The notes under the pieces: model-generated | Database searches by the model: none | What the model was told of the DNA's origin: nothing | The model's input: the letters and a program-made list of their open reading frames with translations, nothing else | Origin: an uncultured Chloroflexia bacterium | GTDB taxonomy: Bacteria; Chloroflexota; Limnocylindria; Limnocylindrales; CSP1-4 | Length of the DNA: 64,000 nucleotides | Assembly: GCA_963849495.1 (NCBI GenBank) | Contig: CAWKHN010000009.1 | Coordinates: forward strand, 207,305-271,304 | Direction: 5' to 3' | Made by a program: the position numbers and the translations under genes | In this document: positions 39,438-49,578 of the stretch, piece by piece | Layout of the letters: every line of letters begins with the position of its first letter | How positions within the stretch are numbered: position 1 is the first letter of the stretch

Positions 39438-40853
39438 GTGTTGTCGACTCGGACAACTCGCGGGGCGCGCGCAGTCACGACCGGTTGGATGGAATCCGAC
39501 GGGGGCGTGGAGGGTCGAACCCGGATTCGCTCATGCAGCGACACCGACGTGATCGTGAATGAGCCCGCCGAGTGGGTCCCGCCGGCGGACGTCGCGCGAG
39601 GGCGGCGCAGTAAGCGTGATCGGCCGCTGCGAGCTAGTGTCTTCCAGGTGAAGGTCACTGCCGAGGCAGCGTGTCGCTTTCTTGTCGCGCGGCACCTTCT
39701 CGCGCCTGCGCGGTCTCTCGCCGGAGACCTTGACGGGGTGCTCGAGGTCTTCCGAAAGCTCGGGTCGATCCAGTTTGACCCGATCGCGGTCGCCGGCCGG
39801 AACCACGATCTCGTGCTGCACGCGCGCGTCGCCGAGTACAAGCCCGAGTGGTGCGACGAGCTGTACGAACGCCGCGAGATCTTCGAAACGACCAACAAGG
39901 CGCTGTCGTTCGTCCCCGTGAGCGAGATCCCCTGGTTCCGTTCGAGCTCGGGCCGGAAGGGGCGGCAGTTCCACGCCGCGGCCCTCACCGAGAATGCAGC
40001 GGTTGCGGAGCGCGTGCTCGAGCGTATCCGGGCGGACGGGCCGCTGTCATCACGCGACTTCGAAGGCGAGGCCGGAGCGACGAAGGACTGGTTCGGCATG
40101 CCGGAGAACGCGGTCCGCTCCGTGCTCGAGGCGTACACGGTCGCGGGCATGGTGGGCCTTGCCCGCCGCGACGGCAACGTCCGGTTCTACGATCTCATCG
40201 AACGCGTTCTTCCGGCCGAGGTGCTCGCGCAGGAGGTGCCGGTCCGCGACCAGCTTCGCCACAAACTCCTGTCCCGCTACCGCGCGCACGGCCTCCTCGG
40301 CGCCGGCGGCGCCGGCGGCACGTTCGCCCGCATCGCCGACCCGCAGGTCCGCAACGAGGTGCGCAAGGAGTTGGTCGAGCTCGGCGCGCTCCTGCCGGTC
40401 GACGTCGAGGGCGTGCGCGGCACGCGCTTCGTGCTCGCCGAGGAGCTCGCGCTGTTGCAGGCGCCGCCGGAGCCGACGCCGTCCGTCGCGTTCATCGCCC
40501 CGTTCGACTCGCTGCTGTGGGATACCACCCTCCTCGCGAGCCTGTTCCGCTTCGACTACGTGTGGGAGGGCTTCTTTCCTCCGGCGAAGCGCCGCTGGGG
40601 CTACCACGTGCTCCCGATCCTGTTCGGCGACCGCTTCGTCGGACGGATCGAACCGCGCATCGACCGAGACCGGGCCCGCGTGGAGGTGCTCGACGTGTGG
40701 TGGGAGGATGGTTTCGTGCCGCGCCGCGCCGTTGGGTTCGTCGACGCAATGCAGGAGGCCCTCCGCGCGTACCTGCACTTTGCAGGCGCGGCCAGCCTCG
40801 AGTGGGCGCCCCACCTTGCTCCCGGGGAGCGGCTCTTTCCGGCCCTCCCGTGA
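39438..40853 (+). CDS. YcaQ-like winged-helix protein (DUF1006, putative DNA glycosylase)
   Basis: 471 aa track ORF. The homologous part starts about 39640 (CRFLVARHLLAPA...). The IS right end lies 3 bp upstream of the ORF, so the native start and promoter are probably disrupted. Confidence 0.65.
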   Translation: MLSTRTTRGARAVTTGWMESDGGVEGRTRIRSCSDTDVIVNEPAEWVPPADVARGRRSKRDRPLRASVFQVKVTAEAACRFLVARHLLAPARSLAGDLDGVLEVFRKLGSIQFDPIAVAGRNHDLVLHARVAEYKPEWCDELYERREIFETTNKALSFVPVSEIPWFRSSSGRKGRQFHAAALTENAAVAERVLERIRADGPLSSRDFEGEAGATKDWFGMPENAVRSVLEAYTVAGMVGLARRDGNVRFYDLIERVLPAEVLAQEVPVRDQLRHKLLSRYRAHGLLGAGGAGGTFARIADPQVRNEVRKELVELGALLPVDVEGVRGTRFVLAEELALLQAPPEPTPSVAFIAPFDSLLWDTTLLASLFRFDYVWEGFFPPAKRRWGYHVLPILFGDRFVGRIEPRIDRDRARVEVLDVWWEDGFVPRRAVGFVDAMQEALRAYLHFAGAASLEWAPHLAPGERLFPALP

Positions 40854-41154
40854 CCTAGCCTACGCCGGGAGGAGCCGGGAAACGTCTGTGACGTGATCGC
40901 AGCCAGGCCGCGGGCCCCGCGCCGCGGCCCCAGCCGACTTCATCGCGGAGGTTGAGCGGGTGGTGGGGAGACTGTGTGCCAGCGAGCAAGTGCCCCTCGC
41001 CTGGATCGCCCGCGTCCGAGGTGACGCCACCCCGCGGCTCGAATCCGAGCCGAGACACCGCCGCCTGGCAGGCGCTCCCAGCCGACAGGTCGATGTCCTC
41101 GTGGCCTTCGTCAAGGCCGGCGGGTCCGTGAATTGCATGGTCTGCGTGTGGGAG

Positions 41155-42210
41155 TCAGGCCGTCAGTCGCCCGTAACAGTCCGCCACTGCCCTGAACCCC
41201 GCCTTCGGCTCCCATGACATGTCGGGGTACGTCATGCCGCGCCGGCCACCGATGAGCGGCCGGACCAACCCCGGACTGCACGCGCCGAGGTCGTAGCGCG
41301 GGTCCTCGTCGTACGGCCGGATGGCGAAGATGAAGGTGCTGACGAAGGCGCCCTCGATGCCGGCGCCATCGAGGATGCCCAGGGTGTCGGTGAGCTCCCG
41401 TGCCTGGAGCGCCTCATCGCGCGGGATGACTTTCGAGACGCGCGGGCGCACGAACCGGCCGACCGCAGGGAGGGCGTGGAGGACGAAGCTGATCGGGTCG
41501 ATGTTCGGGTTGGTCGAGAGCGCGCTCATCTCGTCGCCGCCCTCGCAGGAGGGGTTCCCGAACTCCGTGATGACGACCGGCTTTCCGGTCGCCAGAAATG
41601 GGGCGAGCATCTCGACGTAGCGGTCCTTGATCCGCGCCGCCCGGTAGTGGTCGACGCCGACGACGTCGAACCGGGACCAATCGACCTGCTCCCAGGGCAG
41701 GGCGGCGTATGCGAGCGGGCCGCCGAAGACCGGACGGATGGCTGCCTCGAGCCGCCCGAGGACGGCATTGAGCGGCTGGTTGTGGGCCCCGCTCCGGATG
41801 ATGCCGCCAGCCGCCATGTTCTTGAGCCTGTCGGTCAGTGTCCGCCCTGGCAGGATGCCGCGCATGCACAGCGTCAGCTCCCCACCCACCTGGAACGTGA
41901 TGCGCTCATGTGCAGCCGATCGAAGGCGTTCCGCTGCGCGGGCGGCCCGGGCAGTCGCCGCGATCGTCCCATCGGCGTCCCGGTCCCACACCGCTGGCGA
42001 GAGCCAGACGTCGAGGCCGGCCTCGAGGGCCGCCTCCGTGGCCAGCTGCAGCCTGTCGATGTCACGTGCCATGACGCGGACCGCGGTGCAGTGGAGGTCG
42101 TTGCGGATGATCTGCATCTCGCGTCGCGCCGTCCGGGCGTCGAGGCCCGGCCGCCAGGGAATGTCCTTGACGACACCAGCGTCGTAGCAGACGCCGAGGG
42201 TCTTCATCAT
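41155..42210 (-). CDS. Cytoplasmic glycoside-hydrolase-like TIM-barrel protein (GH-A clan, TEFG motif), paralog 2
   Basis: 351 aa. VVITEFG. Paralog of 15726..16829. ATGA overlap with the upstream TetR. Confidence 0.65.
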   Translation of the reverse strand: MMKTLGVCYDAGVVKDIPWRPGLDARTARREMQIIRNDLHCTAVRVMARDIDRLQLATEAALEAGLDVWLSPAVWDRDADGTIAATARAARAAERLRSAAHERITFQVGGELTLCMRGILPGRTLTDRLKNMAAGGIIRSGAHNQPLNAVLGRLEAAIRPVFGGPLAYAALPWEQVDWSRFDVVGVDHYRAARIKDRYVEMLAPFLATGKPVVITEFGNPSCEGGDEMSALSTNPNIDPISFVLHALPAVGRFVRPRVSKVIPRDEALQARELTDTLGILDGAGIEGAFVSTFIFAIRPYDEDPRYDLGACSPGLVRPLIGGRRGMTYPDMSWEPKAGFRAVADCYGRLTA

Positions 42211-42854
42211 CGGGCTGCTGTCGACGGGAGGCGCTCGAGTGCGTCGAGCGCTCGTTCAAGCAGCGGGCGCAGCGGCACCTGGGGGTCGGCCAGAGACCAG
42301 CGGTGCAGACCGGCCTGGGTGGCGGAGACGACGGCCCAGGCGACGACCTCTGACCACAGGTCGTCCCGGTCCGCCCCCGCCCGCTCCGCGATCGCGGCCC
42401 CGAGCGCCGACACCGTCGCCGCCGTGACGGTGGCGTGGCTACCGCGCATCGGCTCGGAGGTCATCACCGCCCGCAGCCTGGTGACCCACTCGCCGTCGTG
42501 GTGCACATCCTGATCCGGGTATTGCGCCAACACAGCGGCCCGGATCGCCGGCCAGAGCGGCTCGTCCGGGTGACGGGATCGGAGCGCTTCACCGAGCTCG
42601 GCGGCGCGGTCAAGCCCGAGCGCGCCGATGGCGTCGTACTTGGTCCGAAAGTAGTTGCTGAACGTCCTCACCGAGACATCGGCTCCGGCCGCGATGTCCT
42701 CGACCCGGACGTTCTCCAGCCCGCGCTCTATGGCGAGAGCGACCGCGGCTTCTCCGATGGCGCGGCGGGTCGCCCGCTTCTTGCGCTCGCGCAGCCCTGG
42801 AGACGTCATGCGCTGACGGTACCGCATTCCTGCTTCATCTGCAAGATTGCGCAT
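42207..42854 (-). CDS. TetR-family transcriptional regulator
   Basis: HTH VEDIAAGADVSVRTFSNYFRTKYDAI. Confidence 0.85.
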   Translation of the reverse strand: MRNLADEAGMRYRQRMTSPGLRERKKRATRRAIGEAAVALAIERGLENVRVEDIAAGADVSVRTFSNYFRTKYDAIGALGLDRAAELGEALRSRHPDEPLWPAIRAAVLAQYPDQDVHHDGEWVTRLRAVMTSEPMRGSHATVTAATVSALGAAIAERAGADRDDLWSEVVAWAVVSATQAGLHRWSLADPQVPLRPLLERALDALERLPSTAAR

Positions 42855-42967
42855 TGGGCAAGAACAGACCAGGGCCGCCGTCGCGGTGTCGACGACCCGA
42901 CCATCACGCTAGGCAGGCTCGTTTGCAGGCAGCCCTCGCATGAATGGCGCCAGGGCGTCGCGCGTGA

Positions 42968-43306
42968 CTGGCGGATCCGCAGGCAACGCGAGCGGTCCGC
43001 GCAACGGGTCAAGGCGGGTTCGGTATTGGCGGGCTGCGCGGCCTTGGCGAGTCCGTCCGGAATGCAGACGTACCAGCGGAGAAGGCCGAGCTGCTCCACG
43101 CCATCCACGAACGGATCACGGTCGCCGGCCCCGAGATCGTGGGTGTCCGGCTGACGCAGGCGGCCTACGCGCACGGATTGGCGCTGGCGCTGCCCGAACA
43201 GGTTGAACTGGCGCGCCCGACAGGTGTTGGGCGCGCGTTAGCAACCTACGAGATCCCGATCGAGGGTCGGGGTGAGTGGTTGGCCGCGGCCAGGCGGCTG
43301 GCATGA
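42968..43306 (+). pseudogene. Recombinase-like C-terminal fragment, repeat copy A (no start codon)
   Basis: Open frame ...AELLHAIHERITVAGPEIVGVRLTQAAYAHGLALALPEQVELARPTGVGRALATYEIPIEGRGEWLAAARRLA* with no ATG/GTG/TTG upstream. Contains the 28-bp palindrome 43209..43236. Confidence 0.45.
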
Positions 43307-43587
43307 GAGAACGGGCTCGGGCGACGGACCGCGAGCTGGCTGTGGTCGCAGCGGTGCTGGTCGCCGGATCGGAGAAGGAAGCCGCCCACCGCCTCGGGCT
43401 GGCGCACTCGACGGTCAAGCACCACCTGGCGAACGCGCGGTCCAAGGTGGGCGCGACGACGACCGCTCAGCTTGTGTGGATCCTGGCTCCGCGCCTGCCA
43501 CGGGTTGACGGCCTGGCCCGATCGGACGAGTCGGGGTTTCCCAACGAGCTAGTGCGGCCACTCAGCGGCCGAACTGATGTTTCGTAA
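43276..43587 (+). CDS. GerE/LuxR-type HTH mini-protein (most complete copy of the dispersed repeat)
   Basis: ATG 43303 overlaps the TGA of the upstream fragment (ATGA). ...LAVVAAVLVAGSEKEAAHRLGLAHSTVKHHLANARSKVGATTTAQLVWILAPRLP... Confidence 0.5.
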   Translation: MVGRGQAAGMRERARATDRELAVVAAVLVAGSEKEAAHRLGLAHSTVKHHLANARSKVGATTTAQLVWILAPRLPRVDGLARSDESGFPNELVRPLSGRTDVS

Positions 43588-43662
43588 GCAGCGTCAGGGT
43601 TTGGCTGCCCAGCGCGGTGTTGAACAGGGCTTCCGCAACGCTCAGGTCATGCTTCGCGCGGC

Positions 43663-44163
43663 TCAGCTGAAGCGCATCACGAACATCAACGCCAGCACCA
43701 CCAGCATCACGCCAAGCTCAACCCGCAGTGCCGAGACGAACGCCCGACGACGGCGCAGAAGCGCGCCCATGTCCCCCCGTGCGGCGACGGACCACGCCTC
43801 ATCGTCGTCGAGGTAGGCGCGCACCCTCGGTGTGCCGAGTCGCGCTCCGATCGCGAACGTCACCACGATCAGTGCGAGGGCCGCTGCCCAGGCCAGGCCA
43901 TAGCGGCTCGAGAGGTCGTCGATCGTGTGGATCCGTCCGAACACGGTGCCGCGGAGCACGCCGCTCACCAGGACGACGAGCGCGGTCGGGATGACGACCC
44001 GCTCGTAGCGCGCAACCAGTGATCGTCCGAGCCCGCGCTGCGTCTCGATCGGCTGGCGGAACCACGCCGGCAGGATCAGGTGCTGCCATGTCAGGTGCCC
44101 GCCGAGCCAGATGATCGCGGCCGTCACATGGAGTGCCTGGATGAGCCAGGTTGCGATGTCCAT
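43663..44163 (-). CDS. Hypothetical membrane protein (CopD-like 4-TM)
   Basis: ATG 44163 with GAGGAGGG SD. Confidence 0.5.
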   Translation of the reverse strand: MDIATWLIQALHVTAAIIWLGGHLTWQHLILPAWFRQPIETQRGLGRSLVARYERVVIPTALVVLVSGVLRGTVFGRIHTIDDLSSRYGLAWAAALALIVVTFAIGARLGTPRVRAYLDDDEAWSVAARGDMGALLRRRRAFVSALRVELGVMLVVLALMFVMRFS

Positions 44164-44289
44164 GCGTCCCTCCTCGCGACCACGATAGCCGCATCGGAAG
44201 GTCGCCGGCGGTGAACGACGAGGGACCTGGGCCAGACGGGGCGCCGCGACCGCCAGAGGCCCACCGCCCAGCGCCAGTCGGTGGCATCC

Positions 44290-44385
44290 CGGAACACGAC
44301 CGGCGCGGCCACGACGGCGCAGCTCGTGTGGATCCTCGCCCCGCACCTGCCGGAGCCCGAGGGCACGGCCGGCCTGGACCAGTAG
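44290..44385 (+). repeat. GerE-HTH repeat copy 3 (3' fragment)
   Basis: ...TTAQLVWILAPHLPEPEGTAGLDQ*. Confidence 0.5.
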
Positions 44386-44449
44386 CCGTTGACACTCGGC
44401 ATCGCATCCTGGCTGACCTCAGGAGCGAGCGGGGGTCGCGGCCTCGGCT

Positions 44450-44901
44450 TCAGCGACTCGCGGCCCGCTCGAGGGCATGGCGCAGGCGCCGGAAGTCGCC
44501 GCTCTCGCGGTCCCGGGTGACGGCCTTCATCAGGCGGCTCGCGAGCGCGTCGACGCCCGGGCTGGGCAGGCGCGGCGTGCGCACCGTGAGGGTCACGCGG
44601 GAGGCACCGCCGTCGGCCGGCTGGACGTCGATCGTCGTGCGGATCCGCATCCCCTCGACCACCTGGAACGCGACACGGACGGGGGCTCCCACTCGGCCAC
44701 CTCCGCGAGGAACGCCCAGTCGCGGCCCCACAGGCGGCTGGACTGCCGGCCGCGCCGGCCGAGTCCCGTCGGCCCCTCGTCGACCCAGCGCGTCTCGACG
44801 ACGTGCGCGTGCCGGGCCGGGTTGTTCTCGGCGTCCGCGACGAACGCGAACACGTCCTCGGGCGGGGCCTGGATCACCCCGGTGTAGGTCGCGGTGGGCA
44901 T
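44450..44901 (-). pseudogene. SRPBCC-superfamily protein, frameshifted
   Basis: N-terminal half in track ORF 44593..44901 and C-terminal half in 44450..44731. Frame change near 44700. Confidence 0.5.
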
Positions 44902-44935
44902 CGGGACGCTACCCTGCTGCGCCGGGCCACCCTGG

Positions 44936-45379
44936 CTAGAGCGCCCCCGACTCCATCATCGTCTTCAGCCTCGCCAGGTCCTTGGCGAAGGACCGCCTGT
45001 AGCTCGCGGCGAGCACGGGGCCGAGCAGCCTCGCGATGCCGCCCGGCTCCAGCCACGTCGTCCACCGGAGGACTGCCCCGCCGTCGGCGGGCTCGAGCTC
45101 GGCGAGGATCCGCACCTGGAACGGGAAGCCGGCGACGCCGCGCATCACGAGGCGGCGGTCCGGCACGAGCTCGGTCAGCTCCATCTCGTTCTCCATCGTC
45201 CGGCCGGCGAACGTTGGCACGACGGCGCGGCGCCGCGACCCCACGCGGAGGGGGCCCGGCGTGAGGAGCTCCTCCTCGAGGGCGCTCGACCACCTGGCGG
45301 CGTTGCCGACGTCGGCCAGGACGGCGAAGACGTCGCCGACGGGCCGCAGGATCGTGACCGACAGCGAGACCGCACTCAC
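44936..45379 (-). CDS. SRPBCC-superfamily protein
   Basis: GTG 45379 (VSAVSLSVTILRPVGDVFAVLADV...). The track ORF N-terminal extension is the antisense of the GerE repeat. Confidence 0.65.
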   Translation of the reverse strand: MSAVSLSVTILRPVGDVFAVLADVGNAARWSSALEEELLTPGPLRVGSRRRAVVPTFAGRTMENEMELTELVPDRRLVMRGVAGFPFQVRILAELEPADGGAVLRWTTWLEPGGIARLLGPVLAASYRRSFAKDLARLKTMMESGAL

Positions 45380-45420
45380 GCCGTCCACCGTACGGGGCCG
45401 GTCAACGGGGGCGGCAGGCG

Positions 45421-45465
45421 CATTCGACCGTGAAGCACCACCTGGCGAACGCGCGGTCCAACAGG
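45421..45465 (+). repeat. GerE-HTH repeat copy 4 (45-nt core fragment)
   Basis: cattcgaccgtgaagcaccacctggcgaacgcgcggtccaa = HSTVKHHLANARS. Confidence 0.5.
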
Positions 45466-45621
45466 TCGAATGCCGCAGGTGCATGGTTCCGTCGGCGGAG
45501 ACGTGGGTCGACTCCAGCGTCCGCGTAGTCCTCGCCGTTGACGGCGTCCCAATAGGTCTTGATCAGCGCCTTGTTCCGCTCGAGATCGTCCACGTCCTTC
45601 CCCTTCCGTGCGCGATTCCGT

Positions 45622-46446
45622 TCAGCTGCGCCGATCGACAGGTGCGGGAGCACCGCTCGCCGCACGGGCGATGTGGACGCCCAGGCCGATCGTGACGATC
45701 GGCGCGACGACCATGCCGACCGCGAGGCTGAGCAGGTTGCTGAGGGCGTCTGCGTCGGAGAGCTGGGAAACGACGATCATCGCGACTAGGATCGCGGCTC
45801 CGGCGTACGCGACGACGCCGAGCCATCCGGGCAGGGCGCCGCCGGACCTGCAAGCCCGGCCCAGGTAGTTCAGGGCGATGGCCAGCGCAGCGTACGACGC
45901 GATGCCCGCCCATCGGCTCAACTCGTTCATCAGATCCACGTCTCGTCCGACCGCGACCATGATCGCCGGTGGGACCTGCTCCCAGCCGGAGTTCCTCCAG
46001 TAGTCCACTTGGACGAAGGTCGTGAAGGCGTTCATGCAGCCGAAGATCGCGGCAACGACGAGGAACGCGGCGGCCAGCTGCGGCGCCGAGCGACGGTGGC
46101 CCGCCACCTCGCGAAGCCCGATCGCGAGCGGGATGAGCGCGAGGTAGGCGAAGAAGTAGAGCCCGTCGCGCAGCACGTAGTCCCACAGGACTTGCTGCTG
46201 ATACGCGAACGAGGCGACGAAGAACTTCGCCTCGTCGACAAGCTGTCCCGCCGCAGTGGGCGTGTAGGCGGGCGAGCTCGCGAGGAGCCCGGTCGCCTCG
46301 ACGACGAACGCCGCCGTCGCGATCGCGAACGCGATCCCGGCGAAGATCCCCCATGCTCGGGCCGTTCGTCCCCACGCCGGATCAACCGACAGTGTCGCGC
46401 CGATCGGCGTGCGCGTTGGATCGCTCATGGTTCCCCCCTGTCTCAC
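45622..46446 (-). CDS. DUF4386-like integral membrane protein
   Basis: ATG 46446 overlapping the upstream stop (ATGA). 7 TM. Confidence 0.55.
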   Translation of the reverse strand: MRQGGTMSDPTRTPIGATLSVDPAWGRTARAWGIFAGIAFAIATAAFVVEATGLLASSPAYTPTAAGQLVDEAKFFVASFAYQQQVLWDYVLRDGLYFFAYLALIPLAIGLREVAGHRRSAPQLAAAFLVVAAIFGCMNAFTTFVQVDYWRNSGWEQVPPAIMVAVGRDVDLMNELSRWAGIASYAALAIALNYLGRACRSGGALPGWLGVVAYAGAAILVAMIVVSQLSDADALSNLLSLAVGMVVAPIVTIGLGVHIARAASGAPAPVDRRS

Positions 46447-46769
46447 GGGACGGCCGTGATGAGCGTCGGCGGCGGCGCGGGCTCAGGCTGCGCGCCCGCC
46501 ATGAGAGCGCGCTCCCCGACGGTGCCGGCCGAGAGGGACGCGATCAGCAGTGATGCCGCGAGGACCGAGCCGGAGACGGCGACCACCAGGGCGGTCCCCG
46601 CAGGATCCAGCCTCCGTCCGGTGCTGAGGCGCTCCTGCGCCGCGGGGTCCGGGATCCGGACGACTCGTGTGCCCATCGGCGATCTCCCGTTGCGGCCGCT
46701 GAGCGCGGCCTGCGCCGAGGAGTCTTCGGCCAGGCCGGGGCGCCGTCGCCCGTGCTGACCCTGCTTCAT
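46443..46769 (-). CDS. Hypothetical single-TM protein (108 aa)
   Basis: Translationally coupled to the downstream membrane protein. Lies antisense to nothing coding. The longer track ORF beyond it is antisense to the histidine kinase. Confidence 0.4.
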   Translation of the reverse strand: MKQGQHGRRRPGLAEDSSAQAALSGRNGRSPMGTRVVRIPDPAAQERLSTGRRLDPAGTALVVAVSGSVLAASLLIASLSAGTVGERALMAGAQPEPAPPPTLITAVP

Positions 46770-46868
46770 CGCTGCCTCGATCCAGGGGCCTGCACGGTGG
46801 CCGGGGGTTGACCCTGATGCCACGATGGACCGCATGTCGGCTGAGTCGACGCGCCAGGGCGAGCTCCG

Positions 46869-48647
46869 GTGAGCGGCGAGACGGCGACTGCGGCCGCGGC
46901 CGGTCACCCGGCCGAAGCCGGTCGCCGCCCGGGCCGTCTCATCACGGGAGGTGTCGTTGCGGCGGCGGTCCTCGTGGGGGCGATCTGCCTCGCGCTCATG
47001 GCGGCGAACCCGGACAGCGGCGACGCCGGGACCTGGTCCGTCAAGCTCGGTGCCAACCTGTTCACGATCGGCGTTGGCCTGGTCATGTGGCACGCGCGCC
47101 CGGGCAACCGGGTGGGGCCGCTCGTGATCCTCATGGGGTTCGCGGGCGCAGCGCCGTTCCTGAGCTGGGCGAGCGGCAACGGCGTCGCATGGACCATCGG
47201 GGACATGTGGAATCTGCTCGGCGTGGTGGTCCTCGCCAACGTTTACCTCGCATTCCCGGATGGCCGGACCGCCGGCTGGTCGCGGAGCCTCACGATCGCC
47301 GTCTACGCCTGGTTCTTCCTCCTCACGGTCGGTCAGCGTCTGGTGCAGCCGTACCCGTCGAGCTGGGCGATCCGCAACCCGCTGCTGCTCTGGCCGAACG
47401 AGGGGCTTGCCGACAGCCTGGGCATGGTCGCGAACCTCGGCGCCCTGGTGCTCACGATCCTTGTCGTGTGGACCGTCCTTGACCGTTGGCGACGCGGCTC
47501 GCCGGTCGCGCGTCGGGCGCTGGCCCCTGTCTTCTGGGTGAGCCCCATCGCGCTCGTCGTCAACGGGACCTTCTTCGTCGCCCGCGTGATCGGCTCCGAC
47601 ACGCTGTTCGCACTGTCGACCGGGCCACTCGCGCAGCTCTCGAACTTCCTGTTGCCGGTCGCGTTCCTCATCGGCCTGCTGCAGACCCGGCTCCAGCGCG
47701 GCTCGATCGCCGATCTGGTGCGCGAGCTCGACCGCGTCAGGACGGGCGATCTCGAGGCCGCTCTCGCGCGCGCGGTGCACGACCCGACCCTGCGGCTCGC
47801 GTTCCCGACGCCGGACGGCACCGGATACGTCGATCCGGCCGGCCGGCCGGCCGACCTGCCCTCCGCCAGCGACCGGCGCGACACCACCCGAATCGAAGGG
47901 ACCGACCGCACCATCGCGCTCCTGATCCACGACCCGGCCGTTGACCCGTCGCTCGTCGAAAGCGCCGCGGCGGCGTCGCGGCTCGCCCTCGAGAACGAGC
48001 GGCTGGCCGCCGAGCTCCGGGCCCAGCTCGAGGAGGTTCGGGCGTCGAGAACCCGGATCGTCGAGGCGACCGACGAGGAGCGGAGGCGGATCGAGCGCGG
48101 TCTGCACGACGGGGCCCAGCAGCGGCTCGTGGCCCTTGGCTTCACGCTCCGGCGCGCGAACCGGCAAGCCGACGCGGACCCGGAGCTCGCGCAGCTGCTC
48201 GACGACGCGAACCGCGAGCTCGAGGACGGCCTGCGGGAGCTGCGTGCGCTCGCCCGCGGGATCCACCCCACCGCCCTCGCCGACGGTGGCCTCGCGCCGG
48301 CCGTCCGTGAGCTGGCCGACCGGTTCCCGATCCCGGTCGAGGTCAGCGTCGAGGACCGGCGGTTCGCGACGCCGATCGAGACGACCGCCTACTTCATCGT
48401 CGCCGAGGCGCTCACGAACGTCCTCCGGCACGCCGAGGCGACCAGCGTCTCGGTCCGCGGGCGCTTCATGGGCGACACCCTGGACCTCGAGATCGCCGAC
48501 GACGGGCGCGGCGGAGCCGATGCCGGGCGCGACGGGACCGGGGTCCGCGGGCTCGCGGACCGGGCACAGGCCATCGGGGGAACCCTCGGCGTTGACAGCC
48601 CCGCCGGCGGGGGGACGACGGTCCGCGCACGGCTCCCGCTCGCGTGA
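46869..48647 (+). CDS. Sensor histidine kinase (NarL/DesK-type, HisKA_3 + HATPase_c) with large N-terminal membrane sensor domain
   Basis: H-box RIERGLHDGAQQRL. ATP-lid G-boxes (DDGRGG, GTGVRGL). 8-10 N-terminal TM. Confidence 0.85.
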   Translation: MSGETATAAAAGHPAEAGRRPGRLITGGVVAAAVLVGAICLALMAANPDSGDAGTWSVKLGANLFTIGVGLVMWHARPGNRVGPLVILMGFAGAAPFLSWASGNGVAWTIGDMWNLLGVVVLANVYLAFPDGRTAGWSRSLTIAVYAWFFLLTVGQRLVQPYPSSWAIRNPLLLWPNEGLADSLGMVANLGALVLTILVVWTVLDRWRRGSPVARRALAPVFWVSPIALVVNGTFFVARVIGSDTLFALSTGPLAQLSNFLLPVAFLIGLLQTRLQRGSIADLVRELDRVRTGDLEAALARAVHDPTLRLAFPTPDGTGYVDPAGRPADLPSASDRRDTTRIEGTDRTIALLIHDPAVDPSLVESAAAASRLALENERLAAELRAQLEEVRASRTRIVEATDEERRRIERGLHDGAQQRLVALGFTLRRANRQADADPELAQLLDDANRELEDGLRELRALARGIHPTALADGGLAPAVRELADRFPIPVEVSVEDRRFATPIETTAYFIVAEALTNVLRHAEATSVSVRGRFMGDTLDLEIADDGRGGADAGRDGTGVRGLADRAQAIGGTLGVDSPAGGGTTVRARLPLA

Positions 48648-49312
48648 CCGGCTCGGACGCCCGCCCCCTGCGCGTCGTCCTGGCCGACGATTCGGTCCTG
48701 TTCCGGTCGGGGCTCGCGCACCTGCTCGTCGATGAGGGGTTCGAGGTCGTCGGGGAGGCTGGGGACGCGGCGGGCGCGCTCGAGCTGGTCGACCGCGAGC
48801 GCCCCGATGTGGCCATCCTCGACATCCGGATGCCGCCGGACCACCGCACCGAGGGCCTCGAGGCCGCGATCGCGATCCGCGATCGCTACCCGTCCACCGC
48901 CGTCCTGCTCCTCTCGGCGCACGTCGAGACCCGCCACGCGATCCGGCTCCTCCGGGCGGACGCCGCGGGGGTCGGCTACCTTCTGAAAGACCGCGTCATG
49001 CGCGAGGCGGACCTGCTGGACGCGATCCGCCGGGTGGCGTCGGGCGGGTCCGTGATCGACCCGGAGGTGGTCGGCGAGCTGCTCGGCCGCGCCCGACCCC
49101 ACGGGCCCCTGGACGAGCTGACGCCGCGCGAGCGGGACGTGCTCGCGCTGATGGCCGAGGGCCGCTCGAACCAGGCGATCGCGGAGCGCCTCGTCCTCGA
49201 GCTGAAGACCGTCGAGGGGCACATCCGCACGATCTTCTCGAAGCTCGGACTCGAGCCTGGGCCGGCCGACCATCGACGCGTGCTGGCCGTGATCACGTAT
49301 CTCCGCGCGTGA
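48644..49312 (+). CDS. NarL/LuxR-family response regulator
   Basis: Receiver VVLADDSVLFRSGL...DVAILDIRMP. GerE HTH LTPRERDVLALMAEGRSNQAIAERL. Confidence 0.9.
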   Translation: MTGSDARPLRVVLADDSVLFRSGLAHLLVDEGFEVVGEAGDAAGALELVDRERPDVAILDIRMPPDHRTEGLEAAIAIRDRYPSTAVLLLSAHVETRHAIRLLRADAAGVGYLLKDRVMREADLLDAIRRVASGGSVIDPEVVGELLGRARPHGPLDELTPRERDVLALMAEGRSNQAIAERLVLELKTVEGHIRTIFSKLGLEPGPADHRRVLAVITYLRA

Positions 49313-49578
49313 TGCGACCGCGTTCAGATCGGACCGGTACTAGGCTCGCGTGAATCCTCGCCTCGCGCCCGCCTGACCCCGACGACATGGCCCAATCGGC
49401 CAACCAGTAACTCCGTCCAGCGCGGCCGGACGAGCTCACGAACGACGATCATCGTTGCGGAGGCTCCCTCCCGCTACGTCTCGAGGACCAGTGCCCTGCT
49501 CGGGCTCCGGTTCGACCTCGAAGCCCGACTGACACCCGAGCGTGGTGGCACCTACCTCGCGCTCGAGGCGCGGACCGA

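Noticed and set aside
46443-48431. 662-aa minus ORF
   Set aside because: Antisense of the histidine kinase, except its last 108 codons, which are kept as a separate small gene.
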